A model generated the notes under the pieces. It was not told where the DNA came from and made no database searches. It worked only from the letters and a program-made list of their open reading frames with translations. The position numbers were made by a program, and so were the translations under genes. DNA of 63,897 nt, counting the filler, from Hyphochytrium catenoides (Eukaryota > Protista > Hyphochytriomycota): assembly GCA_900088475.1 (NCBI GenBank). It is 7 parts of 7 records of this genome, joined end to end, with 100 filler letters (N's around TTAATTAATTAA, not from the genome) between each part and the next. Parts side by side here need not be neighbours in the genome. Positions count along the whole stretch, not along the records: positions 1 to 30,824 come from FLMG01000660.1; 6 more parts are not named here. One strand, written 5' to 3'. Of this stretch, positions 1-12,199 are shown piece after piece. How positions within the stretch are numbered: position 1 is the stretch's first letter; each line of letters opens with the position of its first letter.

Positions 1-412
1 GGGAAGAAATGCAACTCTGAGAGGAAGGTTGCCCTGACTCCAGAGCTTGTAATGTCCACGCTGGTGGACGAGGCTGCTGATAGGAGGGAGCGGAGAGACA
101 AGACCACCACCTTCTTTTGTAACCTTTAGCAACGGTCAAGCCACCAATCAGCCTCGACCTCCCGTGGCTTTCCAGACAGTCAGTACTAGCTCTGAAAAGA
201 CCATCAAGACGGGAAGCATCTTCTATCGGCAGACCCCAACTGTCGAAGAAGTAAGGGACGTTGCTTGTTCGACTGCAAGAAGCTTGCTCAGAGAGCCAGA
301 GACTGTAGAGCCCCGAAAGCTGAGAATTCGCATGCAAATGCCGCTGTGCCCACGGGTACTGAGGAGCTGGCATTGACCTCTCAAACCTCGAACTCCGTTT
401 TGAAATTCAAGG

Positions 413-736
413 TGATGAAGTTTACAGAGCTGGGTAACAATGCCTGAAGCTTCTGTGTGAGCACAATCTAGATGAAACGATAACAAATGCATTGGGCGGT
501 GATATATGATTGAGATTCTCTGAATGTCAATGAGTCATGAGGTCGGTTTGGTCTGCTCTCAAGATCCTTGCTCGTCCCAGCTTCCCTCATCATCTCTCTC
601 TCCTGTGGTGCTCCGGCGCTCAAAGGAAGAGTTCATGGAATTCTTCTTACACCTATCTTTCCCATAACACACGTGTACCCGGAACATCTATGTATGTCCC
701 CGAGTGCTAGGTGTAATAGAGAGTGACTACTGTAAC
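413..736 (-). mobile_element. LTR family C, 5'-truncated by Harbinger-like insertion
   Basis: Homologous to 24214-24566, 20994-22255 and ~29955-30274; ends ...CATCA on the minus strand; homology stops at the TA before 739. Confidence 0.75.
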
Positions 737-1336
737 TAGGGTTGTGCGTTTTCACAGACAATTGATAACACCAGCAAATGGACCCACTAACAAAATGTTC
801 TTTTTCTTTTCGGCTGTGAGGTTGGGCTGGCACTTGCTCACACTCACATTTAGCTGGAAACGGCTAGATTTCTTGAGTTTGTGATCACACTTCCTGTCAT
901 CCCGAAATCTAGCTCTGACACTTCGATGACGTTTAGATTCTACATCTGAAGTTTCCCTATTACAAATTCCGTGTGCAACAGAAAACAAGCATGGAAGCAG
1001 AAAATAGTCAACCGACACAGATGAAGATGATCACGGAGATCAAGGGCGACATTTGCTCTTCTCTTTTCGGTGGCTGAGCTCCATCATGCATTGTCTTTCA
1101 TCTAGACCCTCCGCTGCATCTCAGCAGCTAGAAGACTCAAAATTGAGCTGAGGTGGTTACTCCTTAGGAAAGCTTTACTCCTCGTTTCCTCTCTTCGGTG
1201 ACATGGAAGCTGCACCATCTTCTCTTTCTACATCTCTTACTTCGCGAAGGACAAGGCCTCGCCGTATCCTCTTATCGGAGCTCCTTGCATTCCAAGGACA
1301 GCGCGAAGCTCTTAGCGCACACGACAACGACTAGGG

Positions 1337-2750
1337 GTGTCGGCAATAGCTATGGCCACCTTAGCACTCTGCCATAAATCCGGGCAACAGGAGCAGAAAG
1401 AAAGCGACGAACAACAGAAACTCCGGGGGGAACCTGATCTGATACTCTTCTCTGGAAAGATGGTGTCTCTAAGTACGTTGCTAACCACACTGCTAGCAAT
1501 GGAGGAGGCTGGTACTGTGTATAATCCCCACTTGACTGTGCATCAGCTATGCCATCAGCTCGACGGCATTAATGGCATTGATGCGGCTAACTGCGACGCT
1601 TTTTTTAGATATCTAACTAGGACTAAACTACTACATAAGAGCAAACAGCGGGGAAAAGAGCGTAAGGGCACATGGAGGCACTTGGTCTTCGATCCGACAT
1701 GCTCAGGTTAGTCGTCCATCCTCGATAAGTACTAAGTAATAAGAGGTGAGTTTCTTGCTTTGCATAACCTGCTTCACTATACAAGTCGTGGTGCCTCTAA
1801 CTACCTTTGACCTTAGGTTTCTTGTTGGTTTTGACTTAGATGAGTTCACTCATCTCTATAAATTGGTGTGGACCTACGCTCTTAGCTGGGGCGTTCCCTC
1901 GAACAGAATCAGACCGGTCACCGGAGGACTTCGCTGAAGAATTCAACAAGCCACGTCTCCCTTTGAAAATGCTTCTTCTCCTTACCCTCATGAAGCTCCG
2001 GCACCATATCTCAGATAGGGCCCTACAAGCGCTGACGGACTTCTCCTTCAGTCACATAAGCGAGCGGTGCAATAGACTAGAAAGACTACTCATGGAGTGC
2101 CTTACACAGGAGGGACACCTCTATACCCCTTCTCTAGGCGAGCTCAGAGCTGACGCCGAAAGCTTCTACCAACACAATAACTTTATTGGGCACCATTTCC
2201 GACTCTGCTGCTGGAATGACGCCACATATCACCTCATCTGCCAACCGCAAGACCCGGATATCCAGGAAGTGTTTTACTCAGGCTACAAGAAGGCACACAT
2301 CGTGAAACTGTCCATATTTGTTCCCTCGGACGGTAGAAAGTGGAACCACGAGGTATACCCTGTATAAGGTGCTCTGACCTGACCGCGGCTAAGGACTCTA
2401 AAATCATGTCACTCTTCAGAGGATCAGACTTAGTAGTGGGTGCAGATAAAGGCCTGGAAGGTGCACCTCACTTTGTTACCCCATACAAAAGCACAACCGT
2501 GGAGAAGGCCTGTCGAGGGCAACCACAGCCTAAGAGAGCTAGACTTACAGGGAACTGTGCTAGAATCAACGCCCACTTGGGGTAAGCGAGGGTGATAGTA
2601 CAGAACGTCATTGGTGATTTGTGCCGCTGGGCAGCAGGGAGGGGGCGCTCCACGGCCATAAAGAACCATACACTAAAATATGCCTTGTTCAGGATAGAGC
2701 TATGCAGAGGCCTGCAGAATCTTTTGTATAGGATGCGTGGTCAGGGCTGA
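1337..2750 (+). pseudogene. DDE_Tnp_4 (Harbinger/ISL2EU) transposase, frameshifted
   Basis: Motifs LLLTLMKLRH (HTH), NDATYH..FYSGYKKAHIVK, GADKG..FVTPYK and N....RVIVQNVIGDLCRW across several frames. Confidence 0.85.
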
Positions 2751-2836
2751 GGGGCATCTACTTGGCACAGCGCCTCGCGCTTACAGTTAGGGCCTTAGCG
2801 TTATATTTTATAAGGAAATATTCTTCTTATAGCTTC

Positions 2837-3900
2837 TCACACATCTTTAATGTGGTAAAGCTCTTTCAGCTTTTTTATGTCCTTTTCTGCTTCTATAATT
2901 GGCTTCCTCGCCAAAATAGTGTTTAAAGCCTCCTCAGCATAAGCCATGGTTTTATGACTTTCGTCAAGGGACTCCCGAAAGGTTTGTTCATTGCGCTCTA
3001 AGATGGCTGATTGCTCGCTGAGAACTTTGCTAAACAACTGAGCCATCTTATCATGAGCAGCATTGTTGACTAATCCATTTTGAGGGCTGGCCGAAGCTTG
3101 GAGCACTGTCAGCAGAAGTGATTCCATTAGCTGAGTGGCAGGCGGCGAGGCTCTTGGCCCTTGCTTCTTCAAGGACACAATAAAAGTTATCTTCCGAGTC
3201 TGTGATCGTAAGTTCTCGCCTATCCTGCTCAGCCTCATTACCGCTGATCGGACTCACGTATTAGGGAGCTCGACCAGGAGCAGTGGTTGTTGAGATCGGT
3301 GTGTCCATCCGGGACCTGACGATATGCATGTGATGAGCTTCCCAAGCTTTGCGCACCAGATCCGAACCTCCTTTCATTTTCCTCAAAACTAGGTTGTTTG
3401 TCTCCACCACCACCATGTTTCTCGAGATAGCTCGTATCGAACCAGTGTTTCTGCGCAGTGTTATGAAAGGTACGGGAGGGGAGATGAAGTCTTAATCTGC
3501 AGGAACTCTCCCTTTCAGCCGCAGAGGATCCCTGTTAAACTCTTGGATCGCCTCTGACAGACAAGTCTGAAGCAGCTTCCAGTTGAAGTTGACTCCTGAT
3601 AAAGCCTACGTGAAGACGGGTAAGGTAGGTATGAGGACTGATGCACGTGAAGTCAGCTGTACTTTTGCAGCGGCCTTTTTTTGTAGCTTGTATTGGATAC
3701 TTCGCCCTTCCTGGTCACCCAATTGTGCTCTTTTTCTAGGTCCTCCGGCTCTGGCCGTGGCTCCTTCTTCTGCTGTCCTTTTCTTGTCCAGCTAGGTCAT
3801 CGTTATCAGATTCATCTAATAACTTGTTATCAGGTTCTGCTCGGGAAGACGACCCGACCCTCCTTGAGAAGCCGAGGGACTAAGAATACTCTCATCTTGT
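2837..3900 (-). pseudogene. Convergent accessory gene of the Harbinger-like element
   Basis: Coiled-coil-like ORF. WWWRQT and RKAWEAHH match VVWRKT and RKDWEHYH in copy 2 (~17040-17150). Confidence 0.55.
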
Positions 3901-4919
3901 AAAATAACCCTTTGGAACTTGTCACTTGTCTTTCTTCTCGTCTTCAAATCAGCGTTGCTAGCTGTACGTCGCTTGACTGATCCAGCGCGCTGACTAACAA
4001 TCGTCAGCCAATGATTATAAAAAGTGGCAATGTTGACAACATAGTTACTACCGTAATGGGGTATCTTACCAACAAATAACAAGACGTAGCCACCCTTCCG
4101 GCCTCTTGCAAGACAACGACACAGGTGGGATCTCATCGAGGAGATGATGGAAAATGAAGGATTTCAAGGACAAGGAGGTACCCATGACCGGAATACTGAT
4201 GAGCCTACCAGACTCTCTGACGGCGGCATAGATGTCATTCAACTTCAAGGAACTGGAAACCTGACCACTGTCAATTGGAAGAGTATCTGATGAACGAGGC
4301 GCACCAACAAGCTCGGGAAGCTAGAACAGCCAGCAAGGCAGACGATTCGGCTGTGCCCCAGGTCGTTGCAAGCGCACTTGCGTCCAACCAAACACGTCCA
4401 ACAAACAAAGAACAATTGCAATTGAGCGTCTGCCCTCACTGCAAACGCCGGGGAAGACACAAACCAAGCGTGATGGGAACTAGCTAAGAATGCGCATCTT
4501 CGGCCATCATCGTCTCTCAAGCACGATCGTAAAGAGAAGAGCGTACCGCCGACGACTCAACCGCACCCTATTGCCAGCTTTCATCAATCCGTTGGATCCT
4601 AACGAAAAGACCAAACTAATAAACTCCCTCGGAGGAGCTTCCACTTATTCGACAGCGTATAAACCCGATAGGGACAAATCAATTGTAGGGGAATTGAATT
4701 CGGCCTATGCTCCCTTCTCCGAGACACCAGCAGCGTCATAGATCATTGATAGCGGCGCGTCCGATTACATAACTGGCGATAGACAACTATTTCTTACATA
4801 CGAACAGATTGAACCGGTCAACCTACAGACAGCCAGACAACCGAACCGGTCAAGCAGTAGGCCGAGTGTCCGTCCGCCTAGATCTTTACGACTCATCTGA
4901 ACCCATCATTCTCGAAAAT

Positions 4920-5192
4920 GTATAATATATGGTCTCAAACAAAGTCCCCTGCAAGGTAATAAAGTCCTCGACGGATATCTGCGTGATCATGGTTTTGAAC
5001 CCAGTCTCTGCGAGCCATGCGTCTACATTCGCAAATCCAACGATGGTTCAGCAATCATCTCCGCCTTCGTTGATGACACACCGATAATTCCTTCAGACAC
5101 CACCAAAGTCACTCAAGTCAAGCAGCTGCTCGCGAATCGTTTCGATGTCAGGGACCTGGGAGAATTGAAATATTTCTTGGGTTTGGAGTTGT
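4920..5192 (+). repeat. Ectopic ~273-bp copy of RT segment 7131-7403
   Basis: Nearly identical to 7131-7403; one substitution seen. Confidence 0.92.
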
Positions 5193-8100
5193 ATCACACC
5201 TAGATACAAAGCCAAGGTGCACTATCTCTCGGCACACGCGTCGGTACGTTGTCCTACTCAAAAGGAACAAGTCAGAAGCCCGCAATCATAGGTACACACC
5301 ACGTCGGAAACAACCTGGACGAGCCACCAATACACAAACCCCAACAAGGTCAGTTACCATTTGGCATCGACGCCTGGGGCACCTCAACATTCCATACCTC
5401 AGGAAACTAGCCAAAGTCGCTGAAGGCAGTCAGATCAATCATGAGGACGCTCAGTTCTGCTCCGGATTGCATTTCTAGGCAAACTCACACGCCGTAAGTT
5501 TCCCAAGAAAGCGACTCGCAGAGCTTAAAGACCTCTTCTGGAACTAATTCACTCCGATGTGGGAGTTGTCAATACCCTTAGCCTAGGAGGACACCGCTAC
5601 TACGTTGTCTTCGTAGATGATCACACCGGGAGGACCTTTCTCTACTTGATTCTACTTGATGAAATCCAAAGATGAAGTGATAGTCACTCGGACACGTTTG
5701 AAGTAACGGAACGACAAACCGGATGTAAATTCCATAAAATTCGAAGTATCGAGGAGGAGAGTACTGCTCAGAAGCCATGAAGGAGTACTGTAAAACACGT
5801 GGAATAGTACATGAACTCACAGCCCCGTAGTCACCAGCACAAAATGGCGTCGCTGAACGTAACCAGCGTGGTCTTGTGGAATCCGCTCCCTGCATGCTCT
5901 ACGCTGCAAAACTTCCCTTATCGTTTTGCGGAGAAGCCCTTTTAAAACAGCAGCTCACCTTGGAAACGTATATCTCACCTCAGCACTCAACAAGGACAAC
6001 ACACCCTATATAATGTGAGAGGGTAAAAACCCTGACTTGAGTCATCTGTGTCCTTGGTTGTCAAGCTTATGGTCTCATCACTGACCAGGAACGGACCAAG
6101 ATGGATGCTAAGGCTAAGTACTATGTCTTCGTGGGTTATGCAGATCATTCAAAAGCGTTATATAATCCAGAGACAAACAGAATTATCGAAAGGCGTGATG
6201 TCGCATTCAACGGGAACCAGTATGGGTACGTCGAAACATCACCTCCAGCCGAGAACGTTGACATACTCTTTGGGATACTAAATGAAGCCCACGCGCGACT
6301 CCAGCTAGAGTGGAAGATCCAAAAACCCAACTAATAGATGGGCCCCCACGTCGAAGTAACAACTGACATATTAGATGCAGCCAACCTTGACAACACCGAG
6401 GGGAGAGATTTCGGGGTACGGAAGACGACACCGAAGATCAAGAAGAGATCTTACCTTCACGAAATACATCATACACTCCCGTCCACTAGTGAGAAATCTA
6501 CACTGGATACACTACCCCTGATAGATTCATTCCAAAGTAGATTAGACCGCCAAGTGTTAATCCCCGGAGGAGAACCCTCTCACTCTCCACCTCTTGCCAT
6601 TCACCCTTCTCGTATCCGACTGTTACAAAGCGCCTACAACAGGAAGATTCCATCTCCCGTGCGGTTAACAACACTGAGAGACAACATCTGAACCGCGAAC
6701 CATCAAAGAGGCACTAAGTAGACCTGACGCCGAAGAATGGAGCGCTGCTATAGCTAGCGAGTTGGCCTCCATGGAACAACATGATGTCTGGGAGTTTGCT
6801 GAACGGCCACCGGACGCCAATGTGATCGGGTTTTCCACCCCAAGTATAACAGCGATGGCAGCCTCAACCGCTACAAAGCTCGTCTGGTAGTCCAAGGATA
6901 CAACCAGAAGTTTGGAGTTGAATACAGTGAAGTTTTTGCACCTGTCGCCAGTTATGAGTCAGTGCGATGTCTTCTATCCTTGGCAGCCACATATGATCTC
7001 GAGGTCCACCACGTTGACATCACAACAGCCTTTCTCCATGACAACTGGGAAGAGACGATAGATAAGCGTCAGCCTCCTGGCTTCGAGCAACCTGGAGCGA
7101 AGAAGAACATGGTCTGCAAGCTAAAGCGGAGTATAATATATGGTCTCAAACAAAGTCCCCTGCAAGGTAATAAAGTCCTCGACGGATATCTGCGTGATCA
7201 TGGTTTTGAACCCAGTCTCTGCGAGCCATGCGTCTACATTCGCAAATCCAACGATGGTTCAGCAATCATCTCCGCCTTCGTTGATGACACACTGATAATT
7301 CCTTCAGACACCACCAAAGTCACTCAAGTCAAGCAGCTGCTCGCGAATCGTTTCGATGTCAGGGACCTGGGAGAATTGAAATATTTCTTGGGTTTGGAGT
7401 TGTTCCTAGAGACCGACCAAATCGCAGGATATACCTTAGACAAACGAGATATATCCAAGACGTACTGAAGAAATTTCATATGGAGGAATCCAACCCAACC
7501 AACCCCCCCCCCAGCTGTGGCAGGGGAGCATCTTCCCATGGCATGCGAGCTCCCAACGTTGAGTCCGGCCGACGAGCAGGATATTTATTACAAATTCCGT
7601 ACCGCAATGCTGTTGGAGCACATACTACACCTCCTGGTTGCGATTCGACCAGACATAGCCTACGCAGTAGAGTCAGTAAGTTAACGTATGGCCAACTTCC
7701 GGACTGTCCACTGGAAAGCGGTCAAGAGAATTTTTCGATACTTGAAGGGTAATAGCAGCTACGCACTATGTCTAGGGGGAGCGACGGTCACAACCTCAAG
7801 CTCTTTGCCGATGCTGACTGGCCTAATCACATTCAGTCGTAAGTCGGTCACTGGATACTTTATGACTCTTGGCACCGGTGCTTTCGCTTGGAAATGCAAA
7901 TAGCAAGACATTGTATCATCTTCGACAACAGGAGCTGAGTGCATCTCTTTGTGGACAGGATCCAAACACGCAGAACATATAACCTTTTCCTTGAGTGAAA
8001 TAAAACCCGCAACCAGGAGCTGTAGAAGCATTCCAAGACAACAAAATAAAGCACCATCACTATATGTCAAATGCCAAGACCAAAGTCCAAATACGTCGAT

Positions 8101-8331
8101 GTCAAACATTATGTTATCCAGGACAAAGTCAACCCAATGTCCTAAGGATTTCCTACTGTAATTCTAAGGACATGACCGCTGATATCCTCACCAAGGCACT
8201 ACCGATTCCACTGTTTCAAGCACTACACGCAGCTAGGAATAGTACCCAACATACCTACCATATGACCATCCTCTCTCTCAGAATCGAACCCCTCAATCTC
8301 TTACCTACAGAACTTTGGAACTGCGGGGAGG

Positions 8332-8627
8332 TGTTGAAGTATGGACTATCTGAGTCCTACTTCATAGGACTAAGATGTACCAGACCAACTCTCCAAGTTA
8401 CAGTCCCAAACTTCAAGTAGGAGCAGAGATATGAAGGTAGAAGTGGACTCTAAAGTTAAGTATGGCTTATTACTAAGAGAGAACAGGTACTCTATTAGGA
8501 ATACATCTCAGTAATACTCAAGATCCTAAGTCCAATAGGGTCCCACAATCTAGAGACTACCCTTTCCGGCTTATAAGCCGAGCGGGAGCTCTTAATATAA
8601 TTGTCTCCGAATCCCATACATTCATCA
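8332..8627 (+). mobile_element. LTR family B (3' LTR of the copia element)
   Basis: TGTTG...CATCA directly after the PPT; second copy at 20148-20438. Confidence 0.88.
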
Positions 8628-9390
8628 CACTCCTCTCTCCCCCTCAGACGAAGTAGGTGGGTAGTGGCAAGAGTACTGATACTAGTAGGAGGGAGCACTC
8701 CAAGGTGAGGACGCAGTGTCCGAGAGAGAGGAGCGGGTAAAGGCTTGGTGAGGCAATCGGCTACCATAGCTGCAGAGGGAGTATCTGACAGCTTAATTTT
8801 CTCATTGGCTACATTCTCTTGCAGGACACAGTGCTTGAGATTTAACTGTTTGACTTTGGTCGTGAAGAGGAGAGGACAATCGCGCTCTTGTTGTTCTGGT
8901 TATTAGTAAGAATTAATAGGAATCGGCAGCTGGTTGTTGGAAAAGCCATGCTCGTCCAGGAACACGCTGAAGTGCTCTGCGACCTGGCTTACGGACCAAA
9001 GAGAGACGCACTCCGCTTCCGTTGTTGACGACGCTCGGAGAGATTGTTTCTTTGACTTCCACCCAAAGTACCGCCGTTGAGGCTCAATAAATTAGCCTGT
9101 GATAGACTCGCGGTCAGCTGGGTCACTAGCCCAATCAGCATCAGCCTGCACCGAGAGTTGAATAATAGGAGTATGTCCTCCTAGACTCAAGGATTCGGTG
9201 GGCTTCAGGTAGGTGAAGATACGTTTGACAACCTCCCAGATTGTACCGCAGCCTGGATCGTGGACAATTGTGCTTCAAGCCACATGGCATTTGACCGAGC
9301 CTGCCTCACCACTTCAGACAGGTACATCAGAAGGTCAGAGTGGTTCATGCACGCGAGGTGGCTGCACTGGGAATGGAGACCGTCAATCTA
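8628..9390 (-). pseudogene. Copia RT end/RNase H fragment with PPT
   Basis: ADADWASDPADRESITG, KSKKQ..SSTTEAE, MVADCLTKPL; purine tract GAGGGGAGAGAGGAG. Confidence 0.85.
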
Positions 9391-9399
9391 CAGCTACCA

Positions 9400-9703
9400 C
9401 CTACTACCGAAGTTAGCAAGGGGCAAACAATGCAGCTTCGGAAAGTTTTTTATGTTCCAGAACCGAAGAAGAACCTCTTCAGTGTCTCTGTTACCGGCAT
9501 AAGGTATTAGTTCTCTTCCGAGCACTTTATTGCTAAGAAGGAGACTAAAGGCACTGATGCCAAGATGATTGTCCTGGGAGAGCGCCACGGCAACTTGTGG
9601 TATCTGCGACAGTGCAAATCGCAAACCTTACTACAGAAGTCAGAACTAGTAGCAGCAATGAGGATCCAGAAAGTTGAAGAAGCGCATGACAGGATGTCAT
9701 CTC
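9400..9703 (+). pseudogene. Copia post-protease fragment
   Basis: KVFYVPEPKKNLFSVS and GERHGNLWYL motifs. Confidence 0.65.
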
Positions 9704-9949
9704 TGTTGAACTGTAATCGACGCTGGAACCAAAAAGTGTACAGCGCTCGACGCAGAGGGGAAAACCCCTGATATATAAACAAATCGGAGATTAGTTAAAA
9801 GAGTACGTTTGGTGTACGCTCCGAGCGATTTAACTCGGGCAAAATATATTGAGCCATTCGTTCTGAGACCACGGATGATCATCAAAGTTCCATTATTTGA
9901 ATCTAGAGGTACAGAGTTCTCTACATTCCGGGTGGAGTGTTGAACTGTG
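9704..9949 (+). mobile_element. tRNA-TRIM family 1, deletion derivative
   Basis: 5' part of the LTR fused to PBS TGGTGTACGCTCCG (9810-9823), then internal region, PPT and the first 12 bp of the 3' LTR (from 9938). Homologous to 21612-22242. Confidence 0.88.
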
Positions 9950-10199
9950 TGTTAGATTTTATCATTGGATGGTGAGGCACTTAAAATAATATTGGGGGGT
10001 GTCTGGATATGCCGGAGCGAGAAAAGTTTTGTACGCTCCGGGATTCGAACCTAGGACCTCTGTTTTTGATGCCGACACCCGAACCAGTATGCACCATACA
10101 CCAAACGTACACTTGACTAATCTCCGTTTTTGTTTATATACCAGGGGTTCTTCCCCTCTGCGTCGTCTGTTGTACACGTTTCCCTGTATACCCTCAACA
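9950..10199 (-). mobile_element. tRNA-TRIM family 1 LTR (variant 5' end)
   Basis: Reverse complement of the 21612-21867 LTR; TGTTGA...CTAACA; no TSD seen. Confidence 0.88.
10030..10110 (-). ncRNA. tRNA-like RNA in TRIM1 LTR (best-preserved copy)
   Basis: Acceptor stem GTACGTT/AGCGTAC plus A, A-box-like TGGTGTATGG, B box GGTTCGAATCC, upstream TATA, downstream TTTT; anticodon arm is non-canonical. Confidence 0.8.
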
Positions 10200-10264
10200 A
10201 ATGGCTTGACGTGTTGAATGTTCAGCTCTACCCTTCATTTCAGGAAGTTCGACCCGCGGGAAGG

Positions 10265-11216
10265 TGTTGGAGTCTGAGGGCACAGCTATGTGGACTACAA
10301 GCTGGCAAGCTTAGCTACCCAAGTTCCAGCTCCAAGCTCCCAGTAGGAGCGGAGGTATCAAGCAAGCGAGATGTCCCTGGTTATATCTATGGTCACTGCC
10401 CTGATTTACCTTCAGGACTGACTGTTGTGGAGAAGAATGTCTCTATAACTGAATATCTTATCAATAGCTTTAGGCTTCGCCTAGGGCTCGCCCGACGTTG
10501 CTGGTGCGTAATCCAGCCTTCGGCTGCATTATTAGTGGAAGATGCTTGGATCATCACTGATTTATTGTTGTACAAGTAATACCAGGAGCTCTCCATTCCT
10601 TCTACATGTTGTAGAACTAGAACTAATTCTATCAGTAGTATTTCCTAGAGGAGGTAGGCACTTAAAGGATCTCTCTACTCCTTCACCCACACTTCCTACA
10701 CCAGAGTAGTGAGTGAGTGTGAGTGAGTGAGTGAGTGAGTGGCGAAACATTCAGCGAAATTTTATCAACTCTCGTGCTGCAAGAGTCGCGTGGCCTGTTA
10801 CCTTCACCCTCAGCTCCTACAGCTAAAAAACAGGATTGGAGGTGATGCGTCTCAGGTAATATGAGGTTACAACACAAATTCGCGTAGACGCACGCGATGT
10901 GTCTCGGTTTATAGTGATACGTCTCGCGTTACAAATTCGATTTATGTTCATAGAAACCCTTTCGCTCCTGGTCTGACCCCTTTCATATCTCCAAAGTACA
11001 CAAACAAAGATTCAAACCCAAAGAAAAAGCCCAGACAGTGATTAGTAAAAATCCAAATAGTGAAATTTTGATCACAAACACACAGACACACAGACAACAC
11101 GAAGAAGTCCATTTGTGCTGAAGCCCCTGTGGGTTAAAATTGAGGCTCACCCTTCGGGCTCGCAACAATTATTTGGAATAGTAGTCATAGTCAGAATAGG
11201 TTTAGATTGTGAGACC
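10265..11216 (+). mobile_element. LTR family A with PPT, interrupted at 10461-11169, 3' truncated
   Basis: GCGGGAAGG then TGTTGGAGTCTGAGGG; homology resumes at ~11170. Confidence 0.8.
10461..11169 (-). mobile_element. Hairpin-ended TA-flanked non-autonomous element (relative of element E)
   Basis: Terminal GCGAGCCCGAAGGG hairpin and GTCTGT microsatellite; other end matches element E (TCAATA..GGGCTCGCC..GTAATCCAGCCTT). Confidence 0.65.
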
Positions 11217-11246
11217 GAAGTCCCACGTCTGTTCTAAGGCTCAAGC

Positions 11247-11557
11247 TGTTATATGTTTGGGATGATTGGACAATGTCATTAGATGAGAGTAGTCTACTCA
11301 TAATCCCAGCTGGGGTCCCACAATCTAGAGCTCTTCTAACTATGCTAACTATTCCTAATAAACCCTAAGGTGTTCAGTCATAAAGATATCCTTGTCCAGA
11401 ACAGTCAGTCCGGGAGGTATTCAGAGGTACTGACCATAAGCCATAGATATAAACAGGAACATTTCGCTTGCTTCATATCTCCACTTCTACTGGGAGCTGG
11501 AACTTGAATAGCTAAGATTGTCAGCTTGTTGCATAGCCTCGCCCTCAGACTCCAAAA
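11247..11557 (-). mobile_element. LTR family A (3' LTR with PPT)
   Basis: Homology to the other A copies; preceded on the minus strand by GCGGGGGAGG. Confidence 0.85.
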
Positions 11558-11866
11558 CCTCCCCCGCAGCTTGAAGTCCCGATAGTAAAGGGTCGCACTT
11601 ACGCATTTTGGGGTGCGAGGCTCTTCGTTCACATTCCATCGGAGCAGAGTAAGGGTAAGCTAAGCCGTAGTAGGAGCGCTCCAATGGTGCGTGTAGTCTC
11701 TAGTCCAAGTCCTATCGCTTGGCTGACCGAGCCTCAGATTATCGGGAGAACGTTCTCTCCAGGGACTTGTTCTTCAATGAGGAATTTTTTCCAGGCCTTA
11801 GCAAAAGAGTTCATCTTAAATTAGACAAAGATCAGCTGCTGCAGCTCCCGAAAAAAGAACAACAGG

Positions 11867-12199
11867 TGTTGGAGTCTGAGGGCACAGCTATGTGGACTAC
11901 AAGATGGCAAGCTTATATACCCAAGTTTCAACTCCAAACTCCCAGTAGAAGCCGAGATATCAACCAAACGACATGTCCCTGTTGATATCTATGGCTTATG
12001 GTCAGTAGTAACCCGGAATACCTTCAGGACTGTCTGTCCTAGACAGGGATATCTCTATTACCCCACCATATTATCTTAGACTTTATTAGGAACAGTTGGC
12101 ATAGTCAGAAGAGCTCTAGATTGTGGGACCCCAGTTGGGCTTGTAAGTAAAGCACCCTCATCTAATGACATTGTGCAATCATCCCATACAAATCCAAGA
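11867..12199 (+). mobile_element. Solo LTR family A
   Basis: 5-bp TSD ACAGG. Confidence 0.9.

Larger units (their letters stand above)
739..3950 (+). mobile_element. PIF/Harbinger-ISL2EU-type DNA transposon copy 1 (degenerate, right end not found)
   Basis: Terminus GGGTTGTGCG..ACAGACAATT is shared with the end of copy 2 (19828). Contains a transposase and a convergent second gene. Confidence 0.7.
4060..8627 (+). mobile_element. Ty1/copia LTR retrotransposon, decayed, 5' LTR missing
   Basis: Copia domain order: gag knuckle CPHCKRRGRH, protease IIDSGAS (~4740), WHRRLGHLN (~5360), integrase YSPAQNGVAER (~5830), RT (YGLKQS, FVDD), RNase H (ADILTKAL), PPT GCGGGGAGG, 3' LTR. Confidence 0.93.
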
